DNA of 63,666 bases, counting the filler, from Candidatus Rokuibacteriota bacterium (GTDB taxonomy: Bacteria; JAUVQV01; DATDCY01), in NCBI GenBank assembly GCA_031406795.1. It is 6 parts of 6 records of this genome, joined end to end, with 100 filler letters (N's around TTAATTAATTAA, not from the genome) between each part and the next. Parts side by side here need not be neighbours in the genome. Positions count along the whole stretch, not along the records: positions 22,689 to 45,197 come from JANOHV010000056.1; positions 45,298 to 50,971 come from JANOHV010000060.1; positions 51,072 to 58,190 come from JANOHV010000026.1; 3 more parts are not named here. One strand, written 5' to 3'. Below are positions 42,528-52,086 of the stretch, in pieces. The notes beneath the pieces are model-generated. The model had not been told where the DNA came from. It was given only the letters and a program-made list of their open reading frames with translations, and ran no database searches. The first letter of the stretch is position 1, and every line of letters begins with the position of its first letter. The position numbers and the translations under genes are program-made.

Positions 42528-43300
42528 CCGCCAACCGCGTTGAGCACGGCGAAAGCTACGTCGCCGGCGGCACCGCGCTCAATCTGCTGGTCGGCGGGGC
42601 GCGGATTTCGCGTGACATCGATATCTTCCACGACACGACCGCGGCCCTTGAGGCTGCGTGGACAGACGACCGCGCTCTGCTTGTCGCCAACGGGTATGAA
42701 GTGCGCCCATTGCGCGAGCGGCCGGCCTATATCGAGGCCATCGTCGCGAAAGGGGGCGACAGTGTGCTCCTGGAGTGGACGCGCGACAGCGCGTACCGAT
42801 TCTTCCCGCTGGTTACCCACGAGGATCTCGGGCTCGCCCTGCACCCCTTCGACCTGGCGACGAACAAAGTGCTGGCCCTTGTGGGGAGGCTCGAAATCAG
42901 GGACTGGCTCGACGTGCTCACGTGCCACGAGCAGCTCCAGCCGCTCGGTTTTCTCGCCTGGGCGGCGTGCGGGAAGGATCCGGGATTCAGCCCCGCCGCG
43001 ATCCTCGAACAGGCCGGAAGATCCGCGCGCTACACGCAGAACGAACTGGACGGTCTCGCTTTCGCCGGGCCGCCCCCGGACCTCGCCACGGCCGCCCGTG
43101 CCTGGCACGCCATGATCGGACAGGCACGGGAGATCGTCGGGCTCTTGCCAGCGGACGAGGCGGGGAAATGCGTCCTCGACCGGCGCGGTCTGCTCTACGT
43201 CGGTGCGCCGGAGCGGCTGCGGGCGGATCTCGCCGGCGGCGCGCTCGTCTTTCACGAGGGCAGCATCCGCGGCGCATTCCCGACCCTGGCCGGAGCCTAG
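42485..43300 (+). CDS. AbiEii-like nucleotidyltransferase
   Basis: YVAGGTALN...RISRDIDIF, DLATNKVLAL.GR.E.RDWLD. Confidence 0.8.
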   Translation: MALTGFQRAVCRLIAANRVEHGESYVAGGTALNLLVGGARISRDIDIFHDTTAALEAAWTDDRALLVANGYEVRPLRERPAYIEAIVAKGGDSVLLEWTRDSAYRFFPLVTHEDLGLALHPFDLATNKVLALVGRLEIRDWLDVLTCHEQLQPLGFLAWAACGKDPGFSPAAILEQAGRSARYTQNELDGLAFAGPPPDLATAARAWHAMIGQAREIVGLLPADEAGKCVLDRRGLLYVGAPERLRADLAGGALVFHEGSIRGAFPTLAGA

Positions 43301-43307
43301 GCCGCGC

Positions 43308-44219
43308 GTGCCACTGGTAATCGAGGCGAAGGGTCTGACCAAGCGTTACGGCGACCTCGCGGCCGTCGACGGCATCTCGTTCACCGTTGAGCGCGGCACC
43401 TGTTTCGGCATCCTCGGGCCCAATGGCGCCGGCAAGACCACGACGATCCGGATGGCCTACGGCTTCTCGCCGGTCACTTCCGGCGAGCTGCGCGTGTTCG
43501 GGCTGGACGTCACCCGCGAGCTGGCCGCGATCAAGATGCGACTCGGCGTCTGCCAGCAGGGCAATACGCTCGACCCCGACCTGAGCGTCGCCGAGAACCT
43601 GCTGGTCTACTCGCGCTACTACGGCATGCCCCGCGACGTGGCGCGGCGGCGGGCCGGCGAGCTGCTGGAATTCATCGCGCTCGAGGGGCGGCGGGACGCC
43701 CCGGTGGCGGCCCTCTCCGGCGGACTGGTGCGCCGGTTGATGCTGGCGCGCGCGCTGATCAACGACCCGGAGCTGCTGATCCTCGACGAGCCGACCACGG
43801 GGCTCGACCCGCAGTCGCGCCACGCGCTCTGGGAGCGGCTCGGGGAGCTGGGGCGGCGCGGGCTGACGATCCTGCTGACGACGCACTATCTCGAGGAGGC
43901 GGCGCGGCTGTGCGCGCGCCTGGTGATCATGGACCACGGGCGTATCCTCGTCGAAGGCGCGCCGCGCGAGCTGGTCCGCGAACACGTCGGATCGGGCGTG
44001 GTCGAGGTCCCGGAGCCGACGCCGGAGCTGCGGAGCTTCGTGCGCGAGCGCGGTTTGCGCGTCGACGATCTCGGGCACCGGCTGATCGTGTACACCGACG
44101 ACGGCGAGGAGCTCTACCGCGAGATCACGAGGCGCTACAGCACCGGCGAGTGCCTGCTGCGCCCGGCGACGCTCGAGGATGTCTTCTTGCGACTGACGGG
44201 CCGGGACCTGCGGGAATGA
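43308..44219 (+). CDS. ABC transporter ATP-binding protein (NodI-like)
   Basis: GPNGAGKTT, LSGG, LDEPTTGLDPQSR, TTHYLEEA, TLEDVFL. Confidence 0.92.
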   Translation: MPLVIEAKGLTKRYGDLAAVDGISFTVERGTCFGILGPNGAGKTTTIRMAYGFSPVTSGELRVFGLDVTRELAAIKMRLGVCQQGNTLDPDLSVAENLLVYSRYYGMPRDVARRRAGELLEFIALEGRRDAPVAALSGGLVRRLMLARALINDPELLILDEPTTGLDPQSRHALWERLGELGRRGLTILLTTHYLEEAARLCARLVIMDHGRILVEGAPRELVREHVGSGVVEVPEPTPELRSFVRERGLRVDDLGHRLIVYTDDGEELYREITRRYSTGECLLRPATLEDVFLRLTGRDLRE

Positions 44220-45010
44220 GCGGCCCGATGATCCCGCGGGTCACCTCACGGTGCTGGCGCGTCTGGCAGCGCGACGCCGTGGTCTGGCGCAAGACCTGGG
44301 CGATCGGCTTTCTGCCGCCGCTGCTCGAGCCGCTGCTCTACGTGGCCGCCTTCGGGTTCGGCCTCGGGGGGCTTATCGGCGCGCTCGCCTGGCACGGCGC
44401 GAAACTCACGTACCTGGAGTTCCTGGCTCCCGGCATCGTCGCCGCCGGGGTGATGAACGCCTCTTTCTTCGAGACGACCTACGCCTCGTTCGTGCGCATG
44501 TACTACCAGAAGACCTTCGACGGGATCCTCGCGACACCGCTCTCGCTCGCGGAGATCGTGACCGGCGAGGTGCTCTGGGGCGCGACGCGCGCGCTGATCA
44601 CGGCCGGGGCCATGATGGCGGCCCTCTCCCCGTTCGGGCTGCTGCGCTGGCCCGAGAGCTTGCTGCTGCTCCCCGTCGCCGCGCTCGGCGGGCTGGCCTT
44701 CGCCGCGTTCGGCATGGTCTTCACCGGGGTGCTCCCGACGATCGAAGGCTTCAACCTGCCGGTCTTCCTGGTCATAACGCCGATGTTTCTCTTCTCCGGG
44801 ACGTTCTTCCCGCTCGAGCAGCTGCCCCTCTGGGCGCAGCGCTTCGCCTGGGCGCTGCCGCTGACGCACCTGGTGCACCTGGCGCGCTCGGCGGCGCTCG
44901 GCGTCTTCCCGGCCCAGCTCCTGCTCGCGAACATCGCCTACCTCGCACTCTTCGGCGCCGTCGCCTATCTTCTCGGCGTCCGCCTGATGGTGAAACGCCT
45001 GATCACCTAG
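44216..45010 (+). CDS. ABC-2 permease (NodJ-like)
   Basis: LEPLLY, FLAPGI, QKTFDGILATP, PMFLFSGTFFP, LPLTH. Confidence 0.9.
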   Translation: MSGPMIPRVTSRCWRVWQRDAVVWRKTWAIGFLPPLLEPLLYVAAFGFGLGGLIGALAWHGAKLTYLEFLAPGIVAAGVMNASFFETTYASFVRMYYQKTFDGILATPLSLAEIVTGEVLWGATRALITAGAMMAALSPFGLLRWPESLLLLPVAALGGLAFAAFGMVFTGVLPTIEGFNLPVFLVITPMFLFSGTFFPLEQLPLWAQRFAWALPLTHLVHLARSAALGVFPAQLLLANIAYLALFGAVAYLLGVRLMVKRLIT

Positions 45011-45197
45011 CAGGCCTCTGAAAACGGCCCCCTCCGCATGGGGACGATTTGTATGGCCGTTACGATGATCGGCGAGGCGGCTGGGGCCGGGCTGAGGGAA
45101 GATGCGCGGAGCAGCCGTTAAGCCCGGCGCGGCGCCCGGGGCGGTCCCGCAGGGACGCAGGCTCGTTGTTTGAGCCGAAGGCGAGTTACGAGACTGC

Positions 45198-45297
45198 NNN
45201 NNNNNNNNNNNNNNNNNNNNNNNNNNNNNNNNNNNNNNNNNTTAATTAATTAANNNNNNNNNNNNNNNNNNNNNNNNNNNNNNNNNNNNNNNNNNNN
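45198..45297. other. Artificial contig linker
   Basis: N-run + TTAATTAATTAA + N-run. Confidence 0.98.
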
Positions 45298-45451
45298 TAT
45301 TGCAGGAAGCACGGCGAGGCAGAGGTCAAGCAACGCTTGAAGCATGCAATGCGATCAGATATGAGCAACGACATGGATAAACCGGACCAGGTGACAAGCC
45401 TGACTTTCCTGATCCGCGCGTTACGCGCGGATTTGGGCAGGTGCACTCATG

Positions 45452-45480
45452 TTGACAAGCCCGCGCGCTGACCCGACAAT
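45452..45480 (+). promoter_or_regulatory. Sigma70 promoter for the efflux genes
   Basis: TTGACA-N17-GACAAT. Confidence 0.55.
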
Positions 45481-45557
45481 CGCCGGACAACGCACGCAAC
45501 GACCGAGGGGGAACGATCCTCACCAGCAGCGCCGCCACGGCTGCGCAGGAGAAATTC

Positions 45558-46937
45558 ATGGCCAACGACGAACTCGCACAGCTGACCATCGACCGCACGG
45601 CGACGGCGCCGGGGCGACGCAGGATGCGCCCCGGGCGCTGGGCGCTCGCCGCAGCCGTGCTGCTGGCGCTCGGTTTCGGCGGCTACCGCCTCCTGAATCC
45701 GGTGCCGCGGGTCACCGTCGCCACGGTGAGCCGCGTCTACCCCGCGCAGACCTTCACCGTCCTCAACGCCAGCGGCTACGTCGTCGCCCAGCGCAAGGCC
45801 GCCGTCGCCTCCAAGGGCACCGGGCGCCTCGTCTGGCTCGGCGTGGAGGAGGGTAGTTTCGTCAAGGTGGGGCAGGTGATCGCCCGGCTCGAGAGCGACG
45901 ACCTCAAGGCGCTGACCGAGCAGGCGCGGGCCGCGCTGGCGGCCGCCCGGGCAAACCGCGAGACCTCCCGCGCCCAGCGGGACGCGGCGGCGGCAACGCG
46001 CGACAACGCCCGCTCGCAGCTTGAGGGCGCCGGCTCCAGCCTCGAGCAGGCGAAGGCGGAACTCGACGACGCCACGGCGAACCTCGAGCGCGAGCGGGAA
46101 CTCTCCGCCGGGGGGCTGAGCCCGAAGGTCGCGCTGGAGGCCGCCGAGATCCGGCGGCGCCGGGCCGTTGCCGCGCACGCCGCGGCCGAGCACGCCGTGG
46201 CGGGCTTCCGGAGCGCCGCGCTGGCCGCCGCCGGCTCGCTGGCCGCCGCGGAGAGCGCGGTGATCTCGTCCGGACACGCCGTGGCCTCGGCCGAGGCGGT
46301 CGTTCGCAGCGCCGAGGTGAACGCCGGCTACACCGAGATCCGCGCCCCCTTCGACGGCGTCGTGCTCACCAAGAACGCCGACATCGGCGACATGGTAACG
46401 CCCGTCGGGGCCGCGGCGAATGCCCGGGCCGCCGTGGTCACCATCGCCGACCCCGCCTCGCTGCTCGTCGAAGCCGACGTCTCCGAGACGAGTCTGCCGA
46501 AGGTCCGGGTCGGCCAGCCTTGCGAAGTTCAGCTCGACTCCATCCCCGACGTGCGCTTCCCGGCCGTCGTCCACATGATCGTGCCCACCGCAGACCGGGC
46601 CAAGGGGACCGTCCTGGCCAAAGTGCGCTTCGCCGCGCTCGACCCGCGCATCCTGCCCGAGATGAGCGCAAAGGTGGCGTTCCTGGAGCGGCCCGTCGCC
46701 GCCGGGGAGGAAACCGCCCGCGTGGGCGTAAGTCCGCGGGCCGTGACCCTCCGCGGCGGAAGTCCCACCGTGTTCGTCGTCAAGGATGACCGGGCCGCGG
46801 CCGTGGCGGTCACGCGCGGCGCGACGCTCGGCGAATACGTCGAGATCAGCGCGGGACTCGCCGGCGGCGAGCGGGCGATCCTCGATCCGCCGGCGAAACT
46901 GCGCGACGGCTCCCGGGTCACGGTGGCCGAGGAGTGA
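45558..46937 (+). CDS. Efflux periplasmic adaptor (membrane fusion protein)
   Basis: LNASGYVVAQRKAAV, V.EG..VK.GQ, long helical hairpin, IRAPFDGVV, LPEMSA. Confidence 0.9.
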   Translation: MANDELAQLTIDRTATAPGRRRMRPGRWALAAAVLLALGFGGYRLLNPVPRVTVATVSRVYPAQTFTVLNASGYVVAQRKAAVASKGTGRLVWLGVEEGSFVKVGQVIARLESDDLKALTEQARAALAAARANRETSRAQRDAAAATRDNARSQLEGAGSSLEQAKAELDDATANLERERELSAGGLSPKVALEAAEIRRRRAVAAHAAAEHAVAGFRSAALAAAGSLAAAESAVISSGHAVASAEAVVRSAEVNAGYTEIRAPFDGVVLTKNADIGDMVTPVGAAANARAAVVTIADPASLLVEADVSETSLPKVRVGQPCEVQLDSIPDVRFPAVVHMIVPTADRAKGTVLAKVRFAALDPRILPEMSAKVAFLERPVAAGEETARVGVSPRAVTLRGGSPTVFVVKDDRAAAVAVTRGATLGEYVEISAGLAGGERAILDPPAKLRDGSRVTVAEE

Positions 46938-47632
46938 TGGTCGAGTCCGCGCCCGGCCCGCCTCTGATCGAGATCCGCAAGCTTTCGAAGTCCTATCGGC
47001 GCGGCGGCCAGCGGATCCCGGTGCTCGAGGGAATCGATCTGGACATCGCCGGCAAGGAATTCCTCGCGCTGATGGGCCCCTCGGGCTCGGGCATGCGCAC
47101 GCGTATGAATCTCATCGGGGGCATCCCCCGCGCCGACTCCGGCTCGATCCGGGTCGCCGGGGTCGAGATCACGACCCTGAGCGACGCCGAACTGGCGTAC
47201 TGGCGCTCCGCGCACGTCGGGTTCGTCTTCCAGTTCTACAACCTGATCCCGGTCCTCTCGGCGCTGGAGAACGTGGAGTTGCCGCTGCACCTGACCAGCC
47301 TCACGCGGCGGCAGCGGCGCGAGCACGCCGAGGCCGTGCTGCGGCTCGTCGGCCTCGCGGACCGCATGGACCACCGCCCCGGCCAGCTCTCCGGGGGGCA
47401 GCAGCAGCGGGTGGCGATCGCGCGGGCGATCGTGAGCGACCCGACGGTCATCGTGGCGGACGAGCCCACCGGGGACCTGGACCGGGTCTCGGCGGCGGAG
47501 ATCCTCGACCTGATGGACAGTCTGGTGCACAGTTTCGGCAAGACCGTGGTGATGGTCACCCACGACCCGCGGGCGGCCGAGCGCGCGCACCGCGTGCGTC
47601 ACCTGGACAAGGGCGTGATGGATGATCAATAG
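46937..47632 (+). CDS. ABC ATP-binding protein (LolD/MacB type), Walker A degenerate as sequenced
   Basis: [37 protein letters not shown]; Walker A reads GPSGSGMRT. Confidence 0.85.
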   Translation: MVESAPGPPLIEIRKLSKSYRRGGQRIPVLEGIDLDIAGKEFLALMGPSGSGMRTRMNLIGGIPRADSGSIRVAGVEITTLSDAELAYWRSAHVGFVFQFYNLIPVLSALENVELPLHLTSLTRRQRREHAEAVLRLVGLADRMDHRPGQLSGGQQQRVAIARAIVSDPTVIVADEPTGDLDRVSAAEILDLMDSLVHSFGKTVVMVTHDPRAAERAHRVRHLDKGVMDDQ

Positions 47633-47731
47633 GGGATTAATTCCGCTCACGGGGTCTGGGTCTTGACGAAACCAAACGAAGAAACAATACTCTCCTCACT
47701 TGACCTCTCACGGGAGCGTCAGGCTTTACTC

Positions 47732-47769
47732 CCCCGGTGTCTGGCGCTACCCCACACGCCGGGGTTTTT
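47732..47769 (+). terminator. Rho-independent terminator-like hairpin
   Basis: CCCCGGTGT...ACGCCGGGG-TTTTT. Confidence 0.65.
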
Positions 47770-47828
47770 CATTTCTCATGACATTGAATCGGATAGACAC
47801 ACGGAACTTCTGGATGGAAGGTAAACCC

Positions 47829-47858
47829 TTGACAAATGAACCTATAGGTTAATATTGT
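47829..47858 (+). promoter_or_regulatory. Promoter/operator of the TAC module
   Basis: TTGACA, perfect palindrome AACCTATAGGTT (47839-47850), AT-rich -10. Confidence 0.65.
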
Positions 47859-48265
47859 ATCTGCGGGCGATCACACAGGGAGGTGGCGGTGGATGGCGGG
47901 TATTCGCTATCTGCTCAGAGCGACATGACTGCGACTTACTCGACTTTCTCCATGACTTGCCGCCAAACTTCCGCAAGTCCGGCGACCAACTCCTTGCCCT
48001 TCTCACGCATGTGGCAAGAAGCGGCCCGATGCTCCTCCCGGATGATATTTGCCACCAGTTAGCGCCGGATATCTTCCAGCTCGAGAAGGGCCGGCTTCGA
48101 GTTTCATGGTTCTACGATGAGGGAAAGATGATTATCTGCTGTCGCGTATTCATAAAGAAGACTCAGAAGACACCGAGGCCTGAATTGGATTATGCCAAGG
48201 CGCTGAGAACCAGGTATTTCGCGGAAAAGAAGCGCAGGTCTATCACGATCCTGGAGGAGTTGTAG
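47855..48265 (+). CDS. RelE/HigB (Gp49-like) toxin
   Basis: IFQLEKGRLRVSWFY...IICCRVFIKKTQKTP..E; basic; upstream of an HTH gene. Confidence 0.8.
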   Translation: MYLRAITQGGGGGWRVFAICSERHDCDLLDFLHDLPPNFRKSGDQLLALLTHVARSGPMLLPDDICHQLAPDIFQLEKGRLRVSWFYDEGKMIICCRVFIKKTQKTPRPELDYAKALRTRYFAEKKRRSITILEEL

Positions 48266-48268
48266 ACC

Positions 48269-48685
48269 ATGGTTGGAAAAACATTCAAAGCATTAATTGA
48301 AGATGCCGGCCGCAGAGACGCCTACCACGTCGAACTGGCGATACTCCAGTTCACTTCTGACCTCTATCAGCTCATGAAAAAGCGGGAGCTGAACAAGGCA
48401 GCGCTGGCGCGTATGCTCGGAACGAGCCCCGCATACATCACAAAGGTTTTCCGCGGTGACGCGAATTTCACGATTGAATCCATGGTGAAGTTGACCAGCG
48501 CACTGAACGGCCAGATCCATCTCCATGTCGCCCCACAGGAGCATGAGGTCCGCTGGCTCGATGTTCGTGTTGGGGCACCAAGAACGCACGTCTCAATAAG
48601 TACCGTCTGGGCACAGAAACAGCACATTCTTTCTCCCGCGATGAAGGGGGGCCCTGCCGATGAACTCGAGCCTGCTGCAGCTTGA
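48269..48685 (+). CDS. HigA-like Xre HTH antitoxin with C-terminal extension
   Basis: LNKAALARMLGTSPAYITKVFRGDANFTIESMVKL, plus a tail of about 50 aa. Confidence 0.85.
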   Translation: MVGKTFKALIEDAGRRDAYHVELAILQFTSDLYQLMKKRELNKAALARMLGTSPAYITKVFRGDANFTIESMVKLTSALNGQIHLHVAPQEHEVRWLDVRVGAPRTHVSISTVWAQKQHILSPAMKGGPADELEPAAA

Positions 48686-49178
48686 AGACTACGGCCTCAC
48701 TGATCTCTCGATCAAGTGGGAGCCGATGGATCAGAACACGGCCGACGCCAAATCTTCCACGGCGATCACCTACCAAGTCGCCTATCAGACCGACAACCCA
48801 CTGAAATACAAACTCACTCTCGAGTTCCGTCATCTCATCGGATCGGCGGAAGGCAAGGATCACCTCTCGGTCCAGGCCACGATTGTCGGTTATTTTCTTT
48901 TCCAGGAAACCATGACTCCCCAAAGCAGAGAACGGGCCATCCGAATCAACGGATTGACGATCCTTTACGGCGCTCTTCGCGGTCTGCTCCTGCCGATCAC
49001 CGCAGCTTTTCCCCTCGGCTTCAGATACGTTCTGCCTGCCGTTGATATGATCCAGATCATCAAGGCCGTCGAAGAAACCAAGAAGGCCGCTCCGGTCGTC
49101 GGCGAAAACTCGGCCAGGTACCGGCCGAGGATCAAGAAAGCCGTTTCAGCGCGTGGCTCCAAGACCGTGAAGCCATAG
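48660..49178 (+). CDS. SecB-like chaperone
   Basis: SLLQLEDY N-terminus, IVGYF, NGLTILYGALRGLL..IT, YVLPAVDM; third gene of the TA operon. Confidence 0.75.
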   Translation: MNSSLLQLEDYGLTDLSIKWEPMDQNTADAKSSTAITYQVAYQTDNPLKYKLTLEFRHLIGSAEGKDHLSVQATIVGYFLFQETMTPQSRERAIRINGLTILYGALRGLLLPITAAFPLGFRYVLPAVDMIQIIKAVEETKKAAPVVGENSARYRPRIKKAVSARGSKTVKP

Positions 49179-49205
49179 ATCCGGTTTGCGAGCCCTGGAT
49201 ATTCG

Positions 49206-50813
49206 ATGCCCACGCTGAGCTGGATCGGGAAGGAGGCGGTGGTCAACCACCACCGCGAGGTGCCGTTTCATCTGCTCAAGGACGTCCCGGAGCTCTCCAG
49301 CGGAGCGCCCGGCGCGGGGAACCTCATCGTGCAGGGGGACAACCTCGTCGCGCTCAAGGCGCTGCTCCCCTACTACGCCGGGCAGGTGAAGTGCATCTAC
49401 ATCGACCCGCCGTACAACACCGGGAACGAGGGGTGGGTCTACAACGACAACGTCAGCAGTCCGGTGATCCGCGAGTGGCTCGGGAAGGTCGTCGGCCACG
49501 AGGGAGAGACCCTCGACCGCCACGACCGCTGGCTCTGCATGATGTATCCACGGCTGGCGCTGCTCAAGCGCTTTCTCCGGCCAGACGGTTCGATCTGGAT
49601 CTCGATGGATGACTCGGAAATCGCCTTGCTTCGTGTCCTTATGGATGAGATTTTCGGTCACGAAAGGTTCATTGCGTGTAATGTCTGGCAGAAGCGTTAC
49701 TCGCGCGAGAACCGCGAGGCCATCGGCGACGTCCACGAATATTTGCTCCTCTACGCGATGGACCCGGAGTTGTTCAAAGCAACGAGAAATCGAGTCGGTC
49801 TCGAGCAAAAGCAACTGCTCAACTACAAGAACCCGAACAACGATCCGGGAGGTCCCTGGCAGTCTATCTCGATGACTGCTCAGGGTTGGCGGCCGAACCA
49901 AATGTATGAGATCGTCGCCCCGAACGGCAATCGCCATTCACCGCCGGAAGGCCGCTGCTGGTCTATGATCGAACCAGAATACGAGAAGCTGCGTGATGCC
50001 AAACGTCTCTGGTGGGGCAAAGATGGAAACGGCGTCCCACGTGAAATTCGCTTCCTCTCAGATGTTTCAGGGCTGGTCCCATGGACATGGTGGCCCCATG
50101 AAGAAGTCGGCCATACCGACGAATCCCGGAAGGAAATCCAGAGCATTCTCGGCACCCAGACTGCCTTTGATACGCCGAAACCCACGCGCCTCCTTGAGCG
50201 AGTCCTTCAAATTGCCACGAACCCCGGCGACCTCGTCCTCGACTCCTTCGCCGGCTCCGGCACCACCGGCCACGCTGTGTTGAAGCTCAATGCCGCAGCT
50301 CCCGACAAGAAGCCGCGTCGCTTCATCCTCATCGAGATGGAACCGAAAATCGCCCGCGAGGTGACGGCCGAACGCGTGCGCCGCGTCGCCGAAGGGTATA
50401 CCAATGCCAAGGGACAGCAGGTAGCCGGTCTTGGCAGCGGCTTTCGCTTCTGCGAGCTCGGCGAGGCGCTCTTCGACGAAGCAGGAAAGATCCGCGAGAG
50501 CGTCTCATTCGCGGACCTGGCACGGCACGTCTTCTTCACGGAGACCGGCGAACCGCTGCCGGAGACAGCCAAAATGGGCTCCCCCTTCCTCGGCGTCTGC
50601 CGCGGCGTCGGCGTCTATCTCCTCTACAACGGTATCCTCGGCGACAAGTCGCGCTCGGGCGGGAACATCCTGACCCGCGCCCTGCTCGCGACGCTGCCGC
50701 CCTTCGACAGGCAGAAGGTCATTTACTGCGCAGGGTGCCTTCTCGGCGCCGAGCGCCTCAGGGCGGAGCGGGTCATCATCCGCCAGACGCCCTACGAGAT
50801 CCGGGTCTCATGA
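49206..50813 (+). CDS. mod: Type III R-M methyltransferase (Mod)
   Basis: MPTLSWIGK, GDNL, CIYIDPPYNTG, WLCMMYPRL, TPKP, DSFAGSGTT. Confidence 0.92.
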   Translation: MPTLSWIGKEAVVNHHREVPFHLLKDVPELSSGAPGAGNLIVQGDNLVALKALLPYYAGQVKCIYIDPPYNTGNEGWVYNDNVSSPVIREWLGKVVGHEGETLDRHDRWLCMMYPRLALLKRFLRPDGSIWISMDDSEIALLRVLMDEIFGHERFIACNVWQKRYSRENREAIGDVHEYLLLYAMDPELFKATRNRVGLEQKQLLNYKNPNNDPGGPWQSISMTAQGWRPNQMYEIVAPNGNRHSPPEGRCWSMIEPEYEKLRDAKRLWWGKDGNGVPREIRFLSDVSGLVPWTWWPHEEVGHTDESRKEIQSILGTQTAFDTPKPTRLLERVLQIATNPGDLVLDSFAGSGTTGHAVLKLNAAAPDKKPRRFILIEMEPKIAREVTAERVRRVAEGYTNAKGQQVAGLGSGFRFCELGEALFDEAGKIRESVSFADLARHVFFTETGEPLPETAKMGSPFLGVCRGVGVYLLYNGILGDKSRSGGNILTRALLATLPPFDRQKVIYCAGCLLGAERLRAERVIIRQTPYEIRVS

Positions 50814-50971
50814 TCGTTCTCAAGGACTACCAGAACCGGGTGCTCGACTCGCTGCGGGAGTTCTTTCGCTCCTGCGCGAGCGACGGCAGTCCGGCCGCGG
50901 CCTTCAGGCGCGTCCAGGAGCTGACCGGGCAGAAACCGACCAACTACCTTCCGGTTGTAGGGGCCGATCTC
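50810..50971 (+). CDS. res: Type III restriction endonuclease Res, N-terminal fragment
   Basis: MIVLKDYQNRVLDSLREFF (helicase Q-motif), ATGA overlap with mod; truncated by contig end. Confidence 0.7.
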
Positions 50972-51071
50972 NNNNNNNNNNNNNNNNNNNNNNNNNNNNN
51001 NNNNNNNNNNNNNNNTTAATTAATTAANNNNNNNNNNNNNNNNNNNNNNNNNNNNNNNNNNNNNNNNNNNN
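50972..51071. other. Artificial contig linker
   Basis: N-run + TTAATTAATTAA + N-run. Confidence 0.98.
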
Positions 51072-51998
51072 CATCTCGAGCACGGTTTCCTTGGTCAGCG
51101 GGCGGCTGCCGACCATGACCTTCGGCTTGCTGCCCTCCTTCGCCGCGGCCACCGCCTTGCGGAAGCCGGCGAGGTCGAGCCGGTACCGCCCGTAGATCTG
51201 GTGGGCCTCGGCGTCGGCAACCCGAATGCGCTGCGCCGCGGTGCGCAGCTGGTTCACGAAGCGCTCGACCTGGGCGGGGTTGATCTTCAGGGCCCACATG
51301 GCCTTGAGCAGGTTCTGCCGGGTGGACTCGTGCTCGCGCGTCGCGCGCTGGCGCTCCTTGGTCGCGAGGCTCTTGTCGCGCAGCTTTTCGTTCAGGCTCT
51401 CCACCCGCCGCGCCAGCTTTTCGATCACCTTGAGCTTGACGGCGACCTTCTCCTTGTGCGTCGCCTCGAGCTGCTCGAGTTGCTCGGGCTCCTCGGTGTC
51501 CAGCGCCATCAGCTCGCGCACGCGGATCTGGTCGGCGTCGAGGCGCCCGCGCCACGCCATGACCTCGGCGAGCACGCAGGGCAGCTGGGAGATGATGTCG
51601 AGCACGGTCTTGCGACCCTCCTCGATGCGTTTGGCGATCTCGACTTCGCCCTCGCGGGTGAGCAGCGGCACGGTGCCCATCTCGCGCAGGTACATCCGCA
51701 CCGGGTCGTCGGTCTTGCCGATGGCTCCGGGAGTCAGGTCCAACTCAGGTCCCTCGTCGTCGGTCGCGGCCTCGTCCTTCTCGCCGCGCAGCCGCAGCCG
51801 CCGGAAGTGCGCAGCCTCCGAGGAGTCGATCAGCTCGATGTCCTCTTCGCCGAACATGACGACGATGTTGTCGATCTGGTCACCGTTGATCACCTCCGGC
51901 GGCAGCATGTCGTTGACCTCGTCATAGGTCAGGAAGCCCTTCTCCTTGCCGATGTCGATCAGCTGCTTGACCTGGTCCGACCCTTCCTTCTTCTGCAT
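51072..51998 (-). CDS. rpoD: RNA polymerase sigma factor RpoD, N-terminal part
   Basis: GKEKGFLTYDEVND, TDDPVRMYLREMGTVPLLTREGEVEIAKRIE; downstream of dnaG. Confidence 0.95.
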
Positions 51999-52086
51999 TC
52001 CGTCGTCCTTTCCGTGAAAGCTCGCGGCTTCGCCGCCGCCCTTCTCAGCGTCTTGTCAGACCTTGCGTTTCTCTCGGTTGTCCCGA

